Shown here one piece after another: positions 29,971 to 38,035 of a stretch of DNA of 64,000 nucleotides. Made by a program: the position numbers and the translations under genes. The stretch comes from an uncultured Holophaga sp. (GTDB taxonomy: Bacteria; Acidobacteriota; Holophagae; Holophagales; Holophagaceae), in contig OY761614.1 of NCBI GenBank assembly GCA_963664825.1, positions 1,312,001 to 1,376,000 on the forward strand. The letters run 5' to 3'. The stretch's first letter is position 1. Each line of letters starts with the position of its first letter. The notes beneath the pieces were generated by a model. It did not search any database and was not told the DNA's origin. It saw nothing but the letters and a program-made list of their open reading frames with translations.

Positions 29971-30932
29971 CCTTGGAGGCCGAGACACCTGAGGGGAAGC
30001 CCCTCATCAGCATTGTCGCTCCCTGTTTTAACGAGGAGGGGAATGTCGAACTCCTCCATGAACGGATCGATGCTGCCATGGCTGGGCTTCCGGGTTATCG
30101 CTACGAGTTGATCTTCATCGATAACAAGTCCCAGGATCGGACGGTCGAAAAGATCAAGGTCATGGCCGCCAAGGACAAACGCGTCAAGCTCATCGTCAAC
30201 GCCCGGAACTTCGGCCATATCCGTTCGCCCCATCATGCCCTCCTCCAGGCCAAGGGCGATGCCGTGGTCATCATCGCTTCGGATCTCCAGGACCCCCCTG
30301 AACTCCTTCCGAAATTTGTCCAGAAGTGGGCGGAGGGCTTCAAAATCGTGGTTGGAGTCAAGACCTCCAGCCAGGAATCCCGCCTCATGTGGCTGGTGCG
30401 CCGAGCCTATTACCGACTTCTTTACCGCATCGCAGATATCCAGGTGGTGGAAAATTTCACGGGCTTCGGGCTCTATGACCGACAGGTGGTGGAGATCACC
30501 CGCCAGTTCGAAGATCCCTATCCATATTTCCGCGGGATCATTTCAGAGATCGGATTCGACCGGGCGGAAATACCTTTTGAGAAGCCCCAGCGCCATCAAG
30601 GCATCACCAAGAACAATTTCTATACCTTGTACGATATCGCCATGCTGGGAATCACCAGCTACTCCAAGCTCCCTATCCGGCTGGCCACCATGGCGGGATT
30701 CGCCTTGGCTTTTTGCAGCCTATTGGTGTCCATTGCCTACTTGGCTCTGAAACTGGTTTTCTGGAACCGCTTCAGCTTCGGTATGGCGCCCGTGCTTATT
30801 GGCCTCTTCTTCTTCTCCTCGGTGCAGCTCTTTTTCATCGGACTCCTCGGCGAGTATGTGGCTGCCATTCATACCCAAGTGATGAAGCGCCCCCATGTCG
30901 TGGAACAGGAGCGGATCAATTTTGATGACTGA
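29967..30932 (+). CDS. GT2 polyprenol-phosphate glycosyltransferase (GtrB/DPM-synthase-like)
   Basis: ISIVAPCFNEE, IFIDNKSQD, RNFGH, SDLQDPPE, two C-terminal TM helices, IGLLGEY. Confidence 0.92.
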   Translation: MTLEAETPEGKPLISIVAPCFNEEGNVELLHERIDAAMAGLPGYRYELIFIDNKSQDRTVEKIKVMAAKDKRVKLIVNARNFGHIRSPHHALLQAKGDAVVIIASDLQDPPELLPKFVQKWAEGFKIVVGVKTSSQESRLMWLVRRAYYRLLYRIADIQVVENFTGFGLYDRQVVEITRQFEDPYPYFRGIISEIGFDRAEIPFEKPQRHQGITKNNFYTLYDIAMLGITSYSKLPIRLATMAGFALAFCSLLVSIAYLALKLVFWNRFSFGMAPVLIGLFFFSSVQLFFIGLLGEYVAAIHTQVMKRPHVVEQERINFDD

Positions 30933-31350
30933 ATCGAAAGGCCTCATTGAATGGTGCCGTCTGCAATGGGATGGCAGCGAGAAGGCCCGATTCCTGGTGG
31001 TAGGGGTCTACAACACGCTTTTTGGGTATGTCGTTTTCGCGGGGCTCTACCTGCTTCTCGGGCACCGAGTCCACTACTTGGTGGTCATGGTGATAGCCCA
31101 CATACTGGCGGTATGCAATGCATTCGTCGGCCACCGCATTCTAACCTTCCGCGTCAAGGACCATCTTCTCAGGGACTTCCTTCGTTTCAACCTCAGTTAT
31201 ACAGGGGTGTTGGTCTTCGGCATCTTTGCCCTTCCCGCCATGGTGGAAGGGCTTCACGCCCATCCCCTCTCGGCGCAGGCGGTCGTGATCGCCCTTACCA
31301 CTCTGGGTAGTTACATCCTGCACAAACGGATTTCCTTCCACCGCAGCTAA
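30925..31350 (+). CDS. GtrA-family lipid-linked sugar flippase
   Basis: RFLVVGVYNT, AFVGHRILTF, SYILHKRISF; 4 TM, 141 aa. Confidence 0.88.
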   Translation: MTESKGLIEWCRLQWDGSEKARFLVVGVYNTLFGYVVFAGLYLLLGHRVHYLVVMVIAHILAVCNAFVGHRILTFRVKDHLLRDFLRFNLSYTGVLVFGIFALPAMVEGLHAHPLSAQAVVIALTTLGSYILHKRISFHRS

Positions 31351-31370
31351 GGGCTTATTGTGGCCTTTCC

Positions 31371-31508
31371 CTACTTCTTCAGATCTTCCTTTAAGTTCCT
31401 CGCTCCCTGATGCCCGGAATCGATCTTGAGGGCTTTGTCGGCGGCCTGGCGGGCTTCATCCTTCTGCCCCAAGTCCTTGGGGATCTGCCCCTTCCGCCAC
31501 CAGGTGCC
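31371..31508 (-). pseudogene. Orphan 3' fragment homologous to the C-terminus of the TPR gene at 33323-34405
   Basis: WWRKGQIPKDLGQKDEARQAADKALKIDSGHQGARNL vs WWRKGQILKDLGRKQEAKAAAWEALKLDPKHPGARKL; 43 bp with 4 mismatches (31466-31508 vs 33412-33454). Confidence 0.8.
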
Positions 31509-31685
31509 CAATAGCCCATTGCAGATGGTCTCCACCACTCTCGCGTAGGTCTTCACAGGACCCAATAGGCGTTGGCCAAACGGCGCTTCTGGTCCAAGCC
31601 CCCACAGCCAAAACCAAGCACGGGGGAATGCACGTGCTTCGCGAGGCGATAACACCATCGTGTCGCCTCGCCGAAAATCAGTCTT

Positions 31686-32081
31686 TCAGCCCTTCAAAAG
31701 CACGGCACGCCCCGTCTTGGCGAAACGGGTATCGAAGGTCAGCAGCCTGGAACAGCCCCGATGGCGGGCCACAAGGGCAATGAGGTTGTCGGAAAGCCCG
31801 GTCCCAGGGGTGGCCAGCTCCAGGGCCTCGCGCACCAGGGGCGCGGCTTCCACTTCGATCCCTGCGGTGTTGAGCAAGCGGCCCAGGGCTTCATGTACGC
31901 GGGTGGCATCCCACCCAGGAGCCCCCTTCAGCACCCATCCCAGTTCAACGAATACGAGGATGGGCAGGAAGAGGCCCGGCCCGCTGGAGGCTTCCATGAT
32001 GGCTTTCTGGGCCAGACGGCTTTGCTTGGGATCATCCCCCAGGATGGCCCTGGCCCAGAGATTGGTATCCACCGCGATCAT
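31686..32081 (-). CDS. VapC-family PIN toxin
   Basis: MIAVDTNLWAR, VFVELGWVL, LSDNLI, LLTFD. Confidence 0.9.
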   Translation of the reverse strand: MIAVDTNLWARAILGDDPKQSRLAQKAIMEASSGPGLFLPILVFVELGWVLKGAPGWDATRVHEALGRLLNTAGIEVEAAPLVREALELATPGTGLSDNLIALVARHRGCSRLLTFDTRFAKTGRAVLLKG

Positions 32082-32326
32082 CGGCGGGCACCGGCCCTCT
32101 TGGCGGCCTCCATGTCCTCGAAGCTCATCCGGCGGGCCCCCGGAATGGCCAAATCCCACAGGTCTTCCGCGCGATACTTCACCGGCCCCATGGCGGCCTT
32201 GGCCTGCGTCGAATCCATCTCAAAGCGCACCTGGTCACCCTCATGCAAGCCAAGGGCCTCCCGGATGGCCTTGGGAATCGTCAACTGCCCTTTGCTGGTC
32301 ATGGTTGCGATGGCGGCATGGAGCAC
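32078..32326 (-). CDS. AbrB/MazE/SpoVT-family antitoxin
   Basis: MTSKGQLTIPKAIREALGLHEGDQVRF; AAGGAGG RBS. Confidence 0.92.
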   Translation of the reverse strand: MLHAAIATMTSKGQLTIPKAIREALGLHEGDQVRFEMDSTQAKAAMGPVKYRAEDLWDLAIPGARRMSFEDMEAAKRAGARR

Positions 32327-32513
32327 GGTCTCACCTCCTTACCAGAATACGATTTCGTCCTTACTTGTCCACGGACATCTCCGGGAGAACTTGCTCCCAG
32401 CCCTTCCGCTAGGCAGGGTGGCCTCCTGGCAAACCAGAAAACGCTGCGTGTTCGCTTTTGGCCTGGGCAAGCCGATAATGCAGGCATTGGACTGTACCAA
32501 CGGGAGTGGAATC

Positions 32514-33059
32514 GTGAGCCTGCCTCCATTGAAGCACCCTGGCTACACCCTGGAGGATTGGCAGTCCTGGGAGGGACGCTGGGAACTCATCAATGGCCAG
32601 GCCTTTGATCTGACGCCCGCCCCTTCCACGGAGCACCAGGAGATCTCCTCCAATCTCCATGCCAGGATCTGGAATGCCCTGGTAGCTGCCAAGCGCGGGC
32701 CTGGAGGCGGGGATTGCAAGGTCTTCGCGGCTCCCGTGGATGTCTATCTGGAAGCCGGTGTGGTCCAACCCGATCTTCTGGTGGTCTGCGACCCTGCCAA
32801 GATCAGTCCTCGCGGCATCGAAGGCGCCCCCGATCTGGTGGTGGAGATCCTGAGCCCGAGCACGGCCGGGAAGGATGTCACCCGGAAATGGTGGCTGTAC
32901 GAGGCCGCAGGGGTGCAGGAGTACCTGATCGTCGATCCTGCGGAAAAGGTGGGAAGGCTGCTCCACCTGGTGGCCGGACGCTACGAAGAGGCCGCCCGGG
33001 TGGAATGGGGCACGGTGGTGGCGCTCCTGAGCGGAAGGGTGGAGATCACGCTGGGCTGA
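32514..33059 (+). CDS. Uma2-family (PD-(D/E)XK) putative endonuclease
   Basis: WELING, P...HQ, VVQPDLLVVC, GAPDLVVEILSPST, GVQEYLIVDP; GTG start inferred. Confidence 0.9.
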   Translation: MSLPPLKHPGYTLEDWQSWEGRWELINGQAFDLTPAPSTEHQEISSNLHARIWNALVAAKRGPGGGDCKVFAAPVDVYLEAGVVQPDLLVVCDPAKISPRGIEGAPDLVVEILSPSTAGKDVTRKWWLYEAAGVQEYLIVDPAEKVGRLLHLVAGRYEEAARVEWGTVVALLSGRVEITLG

Positions 33060-33322
33060 GGGATTCCGAGCGCATTCCGCATCCTGGGCCCCTCGGGAAT
33101 AAAGAGGCCAAAAAAGCAGAACGCGAAGAGCGCGAAGGAAGCGAAGACCGCGAATGGGACATCTGGAAAAGGGGAACCTGGTTGTCGGCTTGGCTCAGCC
33201 AGAAAAGTTCATCACGGATGAACACGGATCGATTCACGCGGCGGGCAGGCCCGGATTCATCGGCATTCATCAATGTTGAAACCCAGGACCGATTCACCGC
33301 CGGGTGGGAAGATGAGCCGCCT

Positions 33323-34405
33323 TCACAGCCCTTCCATCAGTTTCCTCGCCCCGGGGTGTTTGGGATCCAGTTTGAGGGCCTCCCAGGCGGCGGCCTTGGC
33401 TTCCTGTTTCCGCCCCAGGTCCTTGAGGATCTGCCCCTTGCGCCACCAGGCGCCGGGATATCCCGCCGATCCTCCCTCCAGGGGCTCCCGCAGCACCTGG
33501 TCCAGGAAGGCCAGGCCCTCCTCCCGGTGCAGGCCCGAACGGGCGGCCAGCTTGCCGAGCTGGAAGCGCACGAGACTGGGGGCATCGGCCTGGCCGAGGG
33601 CCTCCCGGGCGATTCTCCAGGCCTCTTCCGCCTGACCGGCGTCCAGCAGGGCGTCGCAGATGGCCTCCAGGGCCCGGGCGCGTTTTTTCACGGGAGGCAG
33701 CAGGCGCCGGGCCTCCGCGGCCAGGCGACGCTTCTGCTCCCGATCCCCCAGCTGCTTACGCGTCTCCCGGCTGCCCAGGGCATCCAGGTATCCGTAGACC
33801 ACCTCGGGATCCCAGGGGGCCAGGACCAGGGCTCGGCCGAAGAAGGGCTCCGCCTCCTTCCAGCGCCCCTCCATGGAGAGCACCATCCCCTGGAGGAGAT
33901 CCCCCCGGGGGGGGCTGACCCTGCGCAGGCTGGCGGCGCAATCCAGGGCCTTCCGGGTGGAACCGCCCAGGAGGCCCGGGAGCTGCTCATAGGCCAGTCC
34001 CAGGCTCATCCAGGCCGTGACCAGGCGCGGGTCGGCCTGGGTGGCCTCCTCCAGATCATCCAAGGCGCCCGAGGCATTGCGAAGGCTCGAGAAATTCCGC
34101 TGCTGCACGGCGGTACCCGCCCGGGCGAGCCCTCGGGCCAGGATGGCATCGGCCAATCCCCCTTGAAGGGACAGGGCCTTCTCGGCAGCCCCCAGGCCTT
34201 CCCCGAAGCGCTGGAGGGAACTCAGGGCCTGGGACTTGGCCGCCCAGGCCAGGGAGTTGCGGGGATTGGCCTGGATCTGGGCCTCCGCTTCCCCCAGGGC
34301 TTTGAGGTAGCGCCCGGCCTCCAGATCCGGCCTGGGATCGTAAGCAGCGGCCACCAGGGCCGTCGCGGCAAAGAGAGGAATGAAGCGGCGAAAATACATG
34401 GACAA
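33323..34405 (-). CDS. Secreted TPR-repeat protein
   Basis: Signal-peptide-like N-terminus, multiple TPR-like helices. Confidence 0.75.
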   Translation of the reverse strand: MSMYFRRFIPLFAATALVAAAYDPRPDLEAGRYLKALGEAEAQIQANPRNSLAWAAKSQALSSLQRFGEGLGAAEKALSLQGGLADAILARGLARAGTAVQQRNFSSLRNASGALDDLEEATQADPRLVTAWMSLGLAYEQLPGLLGGSTRKALDCAASLRRVSPPRGDLLQGMVLSMEGRWKEAEPFFGRALVLAPWDPEVVYGYLDALGSRETRKQLGDREQKRRLAAEARRLLPPVKKRARALEAICDALLDAGQAEEAWRIAREALGQADAPSLVRFQLGKLAARSGLHREEGLAFLDQVLREPLEGGSAGYPGAWWRKGQILKDLGRKQEAKAAAWEALKLDPKHPGARKLMEGL

Positions 34406-34409
34406 CCCT

Positions 34410-34955
34410 TTAACCCAGCTTGATTTCCAGGCTCCCCTCCAATAGCCGGAGGGTGCCCTCCCATTCCACCCGGGAGACCGTCTGGTAGATGCCGTTGCCC
34501 CCCAGCAGGAGGAGCTCCGCTCGGCGTTCCTCGGGATAGACGATCAGGTACTCCGGCACACCGGCGGCCTCGTAGCACCAACGCTTGGTGGTGAGATCCT
34601 TCTGCCCGGTGCTGGGGCTGAGGATCTCCACCACCAGATCCGGGGCGCCCTCGATGCCGCGCTCGGAAATCTTGGCGGGATCGCAGACCACGAGCAGATC
34701 GGGAACCACGACGCCCGTACCCAGGAACGCATCCGTGGGGGCGCTGAAGAGCCGACAGCTGCCGCCCCCCTTGCGCTTGGCTTCCAGGAGCGCGCTGCCG
34801 ATGGCCACGTGAAGGTCCGAAGAAATACTCTGATGCGCGATATTCGGGGAGGGCGTCATGTCATAGGCCACACCCTCGATCAGCTCCCAGCGCCCCTCCC
34901 AGGACTTCCAGTCCTCGAGGGTATAGCCAGGATGCTTGAGTTCAGGGAGGGGCAT
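34410..34955 (-). CDS. Uma2-family putative endonuclease (paralog of 32514-33059)
   Basis: LKHPGYTLEDW.SWEGRWELI, PDLLVVCDPAKIS.RGIEGAPDLVVEILSPST. Confidence 0.92.
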   Translation of the reverse strand: MPLPELKHPGYTLEDWKSWEGRWELIEGVAYDMTPSPNIAHQSISSDLHVAIGSALLEAKRKGGGSCRLFSAPTDAFLGTGVVVPDLLVVCDPAKISERGIEGAPDLVVEILSPSTGQKDLTTKRWCYEAAGVPEYLIVYPEERRAELLLLGGNGIYQTVSRVEWEGTLRLLEGSLEIKLG

Positions 34956-35073
34956 GGAGGTTCTCCAGGAGCGCTTCGTATTTTCGCATGCAAATGAACG
35001 GATTCACCACGGAGGCGGAGAAAACAGATGGAGCAACTCGTGGCCACCCATGTCCTCGGGTGCATCTCCCCTT

Positions 35074-35787
35074 TCATGCCTCCTGCCCGGCATTTTTGGG
35101 TATCGAAAGGGCCGCCAGCATGAGCACCACGGCAAGGGAGGCCCAGCCCAGGGCCGTGCCATCCGTGGAGAGGCGGGGCAACTCCTCGTGAAGGAGCAAG
35201 CCCAGGGAATCGTACTGGGGACCCGGTCCCAGGCCCAGGAGCCGGAGGGTGGACTCGCCCCAGAGGGCTCCCAGCCAGACTGTGGGAAATAGGCAGGCCG
35301 CCTGCTCCCCCACCCAGGGAGCCCAGACCCTGGCGCGGTGTAGGCGGCTGCCCCCCAACACCCGGTTCATGGCCCAGGCCGGCCCCCGGCGGAAGGGATC
35401 CAGCCGAGCCCGAAGGGGAGCTTCCAGTTGCAGGGCGAGGAGAAGGCCGAGCACCAGGCCCAGGGCCATCCAGCCCAGACCGCCCCAGGCAGCGGCCAGG
35501 GGCAGCAGGAAGAGCAGGGGCGGTATGGCCCTCAGGGCGGAACGGGCCCCCTTGAACCGCTCCGCGCCCAGGGCCGCCAAGGCGGCCAGGAGGAGGGCCA
35601 GGAGGGCTACAGCGGTCGCAAAACCCAGGCTGCGGGCCCCGCCCTGGAGGAGCCGCAGGCACCCGTCCCGGCCCAGGGCGTCCGTGCCCAGCGGATGGCC
35701 CCAAGAAACACCCAGATCCCCTCGGAAGGGATCCAAGGGCAACTCCGGCCAGAGGAGGGCCAGGAGAAAGACCAGGCGGACCTTCAT
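35074..35787 (-). CDS. Divergent DppC/OppC-like ABC permease
   Basis: HPLGTDALGRD...GGARSL, ESTLRLLGLG. Confidence 0.75.
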   Translation of the reverse strand: MKVRLVFLLALLWPELPLDPFRGDLGVSWGHPLGTDALGRDGCLRLLQGGARSLGFATAVALLALLLAALAALGAERFKGARSALRAIPPLLFLLPLAAAWGGLGWMALGLVLGLLLALQLEAPLRARLDPFRRGPAWAMNRVLGGSRLHRARVWAPWVGEQAACLFPTVWLGALWGESTLRLLGLGPGPQYDSLGLLLHEELPRLSTDGTALGWASLAVVLMLAALSIPKNAGQEA

Positions 35788-36434
35788 GCCTCAGCCTCCG
35801 TCCGTTGAGCCAGTGTCCAGAGCGTGGCGTAGACCAGGATCCAGACCCCCAGGCCCCACCGGTCCTGGGCCGCCACCCGCCCCATCCAGTCCGAACCCAG
35901 GCCACGGATGGCCAGGATGCGCTCCAGCACGAGGGTCGCGGTCATCCAGAGAGGCAACCTCGCCGCGATCCAGCGGGGCAAGAGGCTCCGCAGCGAGAGC
36001 CCCCTGGAAAGCCACAGCGCCCGGTGCCCCCAAGCCGCCGGGAAGGGGTGCTCCGGAGGCAGGGCCTGGGCCAGCCAGCGCAGTTCGGTGGGAAGGGCCG
36101 CCAGCAGGAAGGCCAGCGCCCAGGCCCCCTTTCCGGGAGGGCCCCAGGCCGAGGGCCAGACCCCAAGCGCCAGCCCGCCCCAGAGCAGTTCCGGCGGAGC
36201 CTCCCAGAGGGCCAGCGCCCGGCTGCGCGCAGCCGAGGGTCCCAGGAGCCAGGCGAGGCCCAGGGCCGAGACCACCAGCGCCCCCAGCAGCAGAGCGCTC
36301 ATGGGCAGGATCTCGAAGGGGAATTCCGGGGCCCGAGCCCCTCGCCAGGGAACGCCGGGCAGAGCGAAGGCCGCGCCCAGGGCCAGGATCCAGAAGGCCC
36401 AGCCCTGGGCGAGAAATTCGGCCTTCCGAACCAC
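35784..36434 (-). CDS. Divergent DppB/OppB-like ABC permease
   Basis: Hydrophobic; TLVLERILAIRGLG resembles the E.IF..PGLG motif; probable GTG start 36434 (the longer ORF call runs into a palindromic element). Confidence 0.6.
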   Translation of the reverse strand: MVRKAEFLAQGWAFWILALGAAFALPGVPWRGARAPEFPFEILPMSALLLGALVVSALGLAWLLGPSAARSRALALWEAPPELLWGGLALGVWPSAWGPPGKGAWALAFLLAALPTELRWLAQALPPEHPFPAAWGHRALWLSRGLSLRSLLPRWIAARLPLWMTATLVLERILAIRGLGSDWMGRVAAQDRWGLGVWILVYATLWTLAQRTEAEA

Positions 36435-36448
36435 ACCACTGAAAAACG

Positions 36449-36561
36449 GAACCACAGAGCGCGCAGAGCATGACAGAGGGCGCAGAGGAAAATACGAAGG
36501 GAAGCTGCGCTTATCTTTCCTCTGTGCCCTCTCTTGTAATTCTCTGCGCCCTCTGCGGTTC
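36449..36561. repeat. Palindromic MITE/REP-like element (copy A)
   Basis: 20-bp terminal inverted repeats GAACCACAGAGCGCGCAGAG / CTCTGCGCCCTCTGCGGTTC (2 mismatches) plus an inner inverted repeat. Confidence 0.75.
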
Positions 36562-36587
36562 ATTCTTTTGTCCCCCATCGCCCGGAT

Positions 36588-37943
36588 TCAGGGCTTCCAG
36601 CTCCAGCCCGCCGCTCCCGGCGTGGATAGGTAGAGCCCCAGGGCGCTGGGCGCCACCTCCAGGCGGCGGTCCACCCAGACGCCGCCCATGAAATCCAACA
36701 GCGGCAAGGAGGTGGGCTGCTCGGCCCAGAGGGCCTGGAGTTCCTCCCAGGGCCACCCCTTGGCCTCCGTGAGCCTGGGCAGGAGGCCCGCCAGCTTGGG
36801 GTGGCGCCATCCCGAAAAGTTCATGCCCCCCTTTTCCGTGAGCAGATCCAGCACGGACCAGGGGTGGGGCGCGAAGACATTCACCGCGCAGGCCACCTGG
36901 AAGTCCCCCTTGCTGAGCCGCTGGAAGAGCAGGGCCGCTTCCACCGGCCGGGGCTCCAGGAGGACCCCCTCCCGCTTGGCCCGCTCCCGCAGGGCCAGCA
37001 TGTACTTCCCCACCAGTTCATCCCCGGCCGTGTAGAGGATCTCCCAGCGCGTCCCCCGGGGCGGCACCCCCTGGCCCACCATGGAACGGACCGGGAATCC
37101 CAGGCTCTCGGGGAAGAGCCCCCGACTGGGCCGGGCCTGCCCCCCGAAGATCCCCTCGGGGATGGCCTCGCCGCGCCAGCGCTCCAGACAGGCCAAGGGC
37201 ACGGGCCCCACCCGGCTCCAGACCAGGAGCTGGGCATGGAGGGGCTGGTGGATCTCCCTGTGGCTGGCCGGAGGCTTTAAACCCCTCCGTGGCGGCGGCA
37301 CGCCGATGGTGAGCCAGCCCTTCTGGAGGTTCTGGAGCAGGGCCTGCTCATCGGGGATGAGGCGGAAGCGCAGCCCGGCAATGCGGGGATGGAGGAAGTG
37401 GGGCCTGGCCGTGAGTCGCCATTCGCCTGCCTGCGTCTTCAGCGAGAAGGGCCCGCACCCTTCGCCAGGGTGCCCGGCCTTGGCGATAGGCACCAGGGTC
37501 AGCTCGTAGAGCAGGCGCTCCGGGGCGCGATCCCCCTTCAGTTCGAGCACACCCTGGCTCAGGCTGGCTCGGACCCCCTCCAGGATGCCGCGTTTGGTGG
37601 GGCTGGCCTGGGGATCCCGCTGAAGAGCCTGGAGGGTCCAAAGGGCGTCCTCGGCCCGCACCGGGCTGCCATCCCCGAAACGGGCATCCCGGCGCAGGTA
37701 GAAGCGGAGCGCCCCGGCCTTCACCTCCCAGCGCTCAGCCAGCCGGGGCTGCAGGTGCCCTCGCGCATCCAGGCCCACCAGGGCATCCCCCGCGAGGGAC
37801 TGGAGGATGGCCTGTTCGAAGCCTTCTCCCCGGACGAAATCCAGGGGGCCCGGATCCCGGGCGAAGGATTCCTGCACCACCTGGGCGGCCAGACTCAGGC
37901 AGGCCAGTGCGGATCCCAGGGCAAGAGCGGCGAGAGGCTTCAT
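36588..37943 (-). CDS. ABC transporter substrate-binding protein, family 5
   Basis: Signal peptide; PRLAERWEV, FYLRRDARFGDGSPVRAEDALWT, G.GPF. Confidence 0.85.
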   Translation of the reverse strand: MKPLAALALGSALACLSLAAQVVQESFARDPGPLDFVRGEGFEQAILQSLAGDALVGLDARGHLQPRLAERWEVKAGALRFYLRRDARFGDGSPVRAEDALWTLQALQRDPQASPTKRGILEGVRASLSQGVLELKGDRAPERLLYELTLVPIAKAGHPGEGCGPFSLKTQAGEWRLTARPHFLHPRIAGLRFRLIPDEQALLQNLQKGWLTIGVPPPRRGLKPPASHREIHQPLHAQLLVWSRVGPVPLACLERWRGEAIPEGIFGGQARPSRGLFPESLGFPVRSMVGQGVPPRGTRWEILYTAGDELVGKYMLALRERAKREGVLLEPRPVEAALLFQRLSKGDFQVACAVNVFAPHPWSVLDLLTEKGGMNFSGWRHPKLAGLLPRLTEAKGWPWEELQALWAEQPTSLPLLDFMGGVWVDRRLEVAPSALGLYLSTPGAAGWSWKP

Positions 37944-38035
37944 GGCATCCCCCGATGGGACAGTGGTGCCTCAAGGGTGGGCGATCGGGACCCCTCCGCC
38001 ATGGGACTTTCGCGCTAGGCTTGCCGGGGGGGCGC

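Noticed and set aside
31761..32513. Long N-terminal part of the 432-aa ORF fused to Uma2
   Set aside because: Antisense to vapBC; the paralog indicates a start at 32514
33100..33275. CRISPR array
   Set aside because: Short degenerate repeats without regular spacers; no cas genes
36435..36578. Basic N-terminal extension of the ABC permease (also the 103-aa ORF at 53696-54007)
   Set aside because: Translation of the palindromic repeat element rather than real coding sequence
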